The notes under the pieces were generated by a model. It saw nothing but the letters and a program-made list of their open reading frames with translations. It made no database searches and had not been told where the DNA came from. From Candidatus Saccharimonadota bacterium (GTDB taxonomy: Bacteria > Patescibacteriota > Gracilibacteria > BD1-5 > UBA6164), in assembly GCA_004563595.2 (NCBI GenBank), contig CP042461.1, forward strand, positions 150,001-182,000: 32,000 nucleotides of DNA, written 5' to 3'. The first letter of the stretch is position 1; each line of letters starts with the position of its first letter. Below are positions 29,827 to 32,000 of this stretch, piece after piece. Position numbers and translations under genes: made by a program.

Positions 29827-30705
29827 ATGTATACGGTTTCCTCCTTAATCCTTGTACTGCTATATGTCTCTTTTTTTGTGTTTTATTTTCATATATGTTA
29901 TGATATTATATATATTATTAATATCATTTATATGATTATTGAGGACTTAGAGTTAGAGAATAAAGAATTGAAAAGGAAGTTAAAAATTGCGAAACAGTGG
30001 ATGGAAAAAGAAGTGAAAAACCAAGTTTCAAGAATTACAAAAGAAAAAATAGAAAAATTATCACCATCTGAAGTCGAGGATTTATTTGAAGAAAATATTG
30101 AAGATACAATTACAACAAAAATAACTCGTTTTTTTGGTGAAGTTACTTTGATTAATATGCCAAGTTCAATTGTAGAGAATATTATCTCTGCAGAGATCAA
30201 TTATTATAATATGAGAAAAAATCCAAATTTTGATGGATTAAGCGTGATTCTCTCATATCATAAAGCATTAGATGTAATGATAGAAAGTTTTATTATTAAA
30301 TGATTCAGAAAATTTGCGCATAAGAAAAAACAAACAACTTTGAGGCAAAATGATGTATTAGAAAAATCATTGAACTCTGTTGTGAATACGTGATATATAT
30401 TGAGTGTATGAAGATTATTTCACGTATTACAGCTTATATCTCATGATGAGAAACTTTTTGATTATGTGGGGTGTTTTAAAGAGTATTTAAGTAAATATAC
30501 ATATTTACAAGATGTATTGCTGAGTGATGAATTTATGAAGGTGTTTAGTGATTTGGTAAATTCAGAAATATTAGGGAAAAAAAGGCATGTTTGAAAAACC
30601 AATTTTGTAGAGACAAGAAAAGCAAGAGAGTTACTTATCTGAGGCCTTGAAAATAAAAACTGTTTAATTTATATGTTAGCAGAAACTCAAAAATTAGATT
30701 TTTAA
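29827..30705 (+). CDS. Hypothetical protein: N-terminal TM anchor, coiled coil, C-terminal helical domain
   Basis: ATG 29827 is preceded by the SD-like aggggag at a 9-nt spacer; an alternative start is ATG 29932. TAA is at 30703-30705. It is in the frame of track ORF 29734..30303, extended through TGAs. The TM segment is SSLILVLLYVSFFVFYF and the coiled coil is LELENKELKRKLKIAKQWMEKEVKNQ. No family was recognised. Confidence 0.6.
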
Positions 30706-30756
30706 ACTATAATATTGAAAGTAATTTATTGAACTTTAAGAAGATTGAATGGAAAA

Positions 30757-30791
30757 GAAGTAATAGCATTACGCTATTACTTCTTTTTTTT
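30757..30791. terminator. Bidirectional rho-independent terminator
   Basis: Perfect 11-bp stem gaagtaatagc / gctattacttc (30757-30767 paired with 30773-30783), followed by T8. The stop of the minus-strand gene lies in the loop. Confidence 0.65.
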
Positions 30792-31389
30792 GAACAATTT
30801 TAGCAATACCAATATATACCACTAAGATTGTCATTAATGCGAATAAATATATGATAAACGCTGAGCCTACAAATGAATGTTCTTCAATAGCAAGCAGGGC
30901 TAAGAGACCTCCAACTGACCAAGAAAGCCATGGAATTATACTTTCCCCTTGTGGATTTTTATATATTTCTCGTAATAGTGGAGTAAATACTATAAAATCA
31001 ACAGAAATAAGAACTATACTAAGAGTTTTTTCTACCCAAGGGATATTTCCATATATTGAACCTTCTATGATAAGATAGCTTATAAATAGATTTATTGCCA
31101 TTAATGAACATACTTTATCAAATCTTCCTATATCTGTTAATTTGGAGCCATTTTTCATCATTAGTAATGCAATAATTAATGGACCCGTAAATAACATGAT
31201 TCCTTGAAATAATTCAATACGATCTGTTTCAGAAAAGACTTTACTCAGCATTACTATGAATCCTATAAGAGTCCAAAGAAGCCAAGTTACTAAATTGATA
31301 TTTTCTGCATCATTTTTGAGTGCTTGATAGTATTTATAGAATCCAAATGCTGTAAAAGCAAGAGACGCTAAAAACAGATAATCATTCAT
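30769..31389 (-). CDS. Hypothetical multi-pass membrane protein (206 aa, about 6-7 TM helices), TGA-free
   Basis: Intact in the supplied standard-code track. It is hydrophobic throughout, with 13 Gly codons (none TGA) and 5 Trp (TGG). The family was not recognised; any resemblance to small PnuC/PQ-loop-type transporters is only a guess. Confidence 0.75.
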   Translation of the reverse strand: MNDYLFLASLAFTAFGFYKYYQALKNDAENINLVTWLLWTLIGFIVMLSKVFSETDRIELFQGIMLFTGPLIIALLMMKNGSKLTDIGRFDKVCSLMAINLFISYLIIEGSIYGNIPWVEKTLSIVLISVDFIVFTPLLREIYKNPQGESIIPWLSWSVGGLLALLAIEEHSFVGSAFIIYLFALMTILVVYIGIAKIVQKKEVIA

Positions 31390-31517
31390 AGTTTGTTCCT
31401 TTTGTTTTTGTTTGTTGTTTTATAATACCTATTTTTATCTAATTTCAAATTATTTATTTACAATAATTATAATTCATTTAAACTAAAGAATATATTATAA
31501 ATAAATTATTAAAATAC

Positions 31518-32000
31518 ATGTTATATATAGTTTCCACTCCGATTTGAAACCTAGGTGATATCACTTACAGAGCAGTAAGAACATTACAAGAAGTTGATGG
31601 GATTGCTTGTGAAGATACAAGAAAGAGTTCTATTTTGCTGAATCATTATGAGATTAAAAAACCACTTATTAGTTTTCATTCACATTCAGGAAAAGTAAAA
31701 ATTGATAAAATAATTGATCAATTAAAAACAGGGAAAAATATTGCACTCATAAGTGATGCCTGAACTCCTGGAATTTCAGACCCATGATATGCTCTTATAA
31801 AAGAAGCTATTGTTGAGTGAGTAGAAGTAGTGCCAATTCCATGAGTTACAGCGGCTATTACAGCTGTCTCAGCTTCTGGTATGCAATCACACCACTTTTT
31901 ATATCTTTGATTTTTACCGATCAAAAAATGAAGACAAACACTTTTTAAAAAACTTGTAGAAAAAGATCATACGGTTGTTATTTATGAATCTGTCCATAGA
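31518..32000 (+). CDS. rsmI: 16S rRNA (cytidine1402-2'-O)-methyltransferase RsmI (3' end beyond window)
   Basis: [44 protein letters not shown]...[24 protein letters not shown]...VVPIPGVTAAITAVSASG is the canonical RsmI tetrapyrrole-methylase fold. The frame is open to the window edge. Confidence 0.9.

Noticed and set aside
29805-29846. Strong Shine-Dalgarno (AAGGAGG) plus a 7-codon mini-ORF (MLYVSPI*) on the minus strand upstream of the PriA fragment, and a 10-bp inverted repeat gagacatata/tatatgtctc (29815-29824 / 29861-29870) followed by a T-run
   Set aside because: The same bases are better explained as the 5' coding region of the plus-strand gene. ATG 29827 is preceded by its own SD-like aggggag and encodes a hydrophobic TM helix. 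The T-run is Phe/Val codons, and the minus-strand SD is the complement of Ser-Ser-Leu codons. A leader-peptide role cannot be excluded, but it is unsupported.
1-32000. Interpretation of the fragmented ORFs as pseudogenes or a decaying genome under the standard code, or as a UGA=Trp (table 4, Mollicutes-like) genome
   Set aside because: The interruptions are exclusively TGA. They never shift the frame, and they coincide with conserved Gly residues in MurA, ABC Walker A, prepilin leaders, RsmI and YebC. Trp positions use TGG. UGA=Gly explains all of this, whereas pseudogenisation and UGA=Trp do not.
1-32000. tRNA, rRNA, CRISPR arrays, transposases/IS elements, integrases and toxin-antitoxin pairs
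   Set aside because: Intergenic regions are short and AT-rich. I saw no GC-rich cloverleaf-like segments with T-loop GTTCGAATC-type motifs, no regularly spaced direct repeats, and no CDS with recombinase or transposase motifs. Absence is based on visual scanning only.

Overview
This is a strongly AT-rich bacterial chromosomal window from a lineage that reads UGA as glycine. That corresponds to translation table 25, used by Gracilibacteria/BD1-5 or Absconditabacteria/SR1 within the CPR/Patescibacteria. The supplied six-frame track uses standard stops and therefore fragments almost every gene. Re-reading by hand with only TAA and TAG as stops gives 40 contiguous, tightly packed CDSs. Their in-frame TGAs fall on invariant Gly positions, including the MurA active-site loop, the ABC Walker A motif, and the prepilin Gly(-1).

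Gene content in order:
- a PadR regulator with a DUF1700/PspC membrane sensor;
- a divergent pair (cNMP-binding protein and a large membrane-anchored surface protein) with identical 20-bp promoter-like elements;
- a thioredoxin-fold protein, rplY, a large degenerate PP2C-like membrane protein, and murA;
- an envelope-protease cluster: PrsW, LemA, HtpX and a TraB/GumN-like protein;
- a type IV pilus-like locus: a VirB2/TrbC-like small pilin, PilN-like, PilO-like, PilC and four minor prepilins;
- hup, an RsbW-like ATPase, ftsQ, rbfA, rpsU, a U32 peptidase-family protein, yebC, a HIT protein, rpmG, frr and an orphan ABC ATPase;
- a co-directional cluster of a PriA C-terminal fragment, dnaN, a TPR protein and ftsA;
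- two unknown membrane proteins, one of them entirely free of TGA, and the 5' part of rsmI.

I saw no rRNA, tRNA, CRISPR array or transposase. Many convergent gene pairs share perfect palindromic bidirectional terminators. All protein calls come from my own translation and motif recognition; no database search was run.
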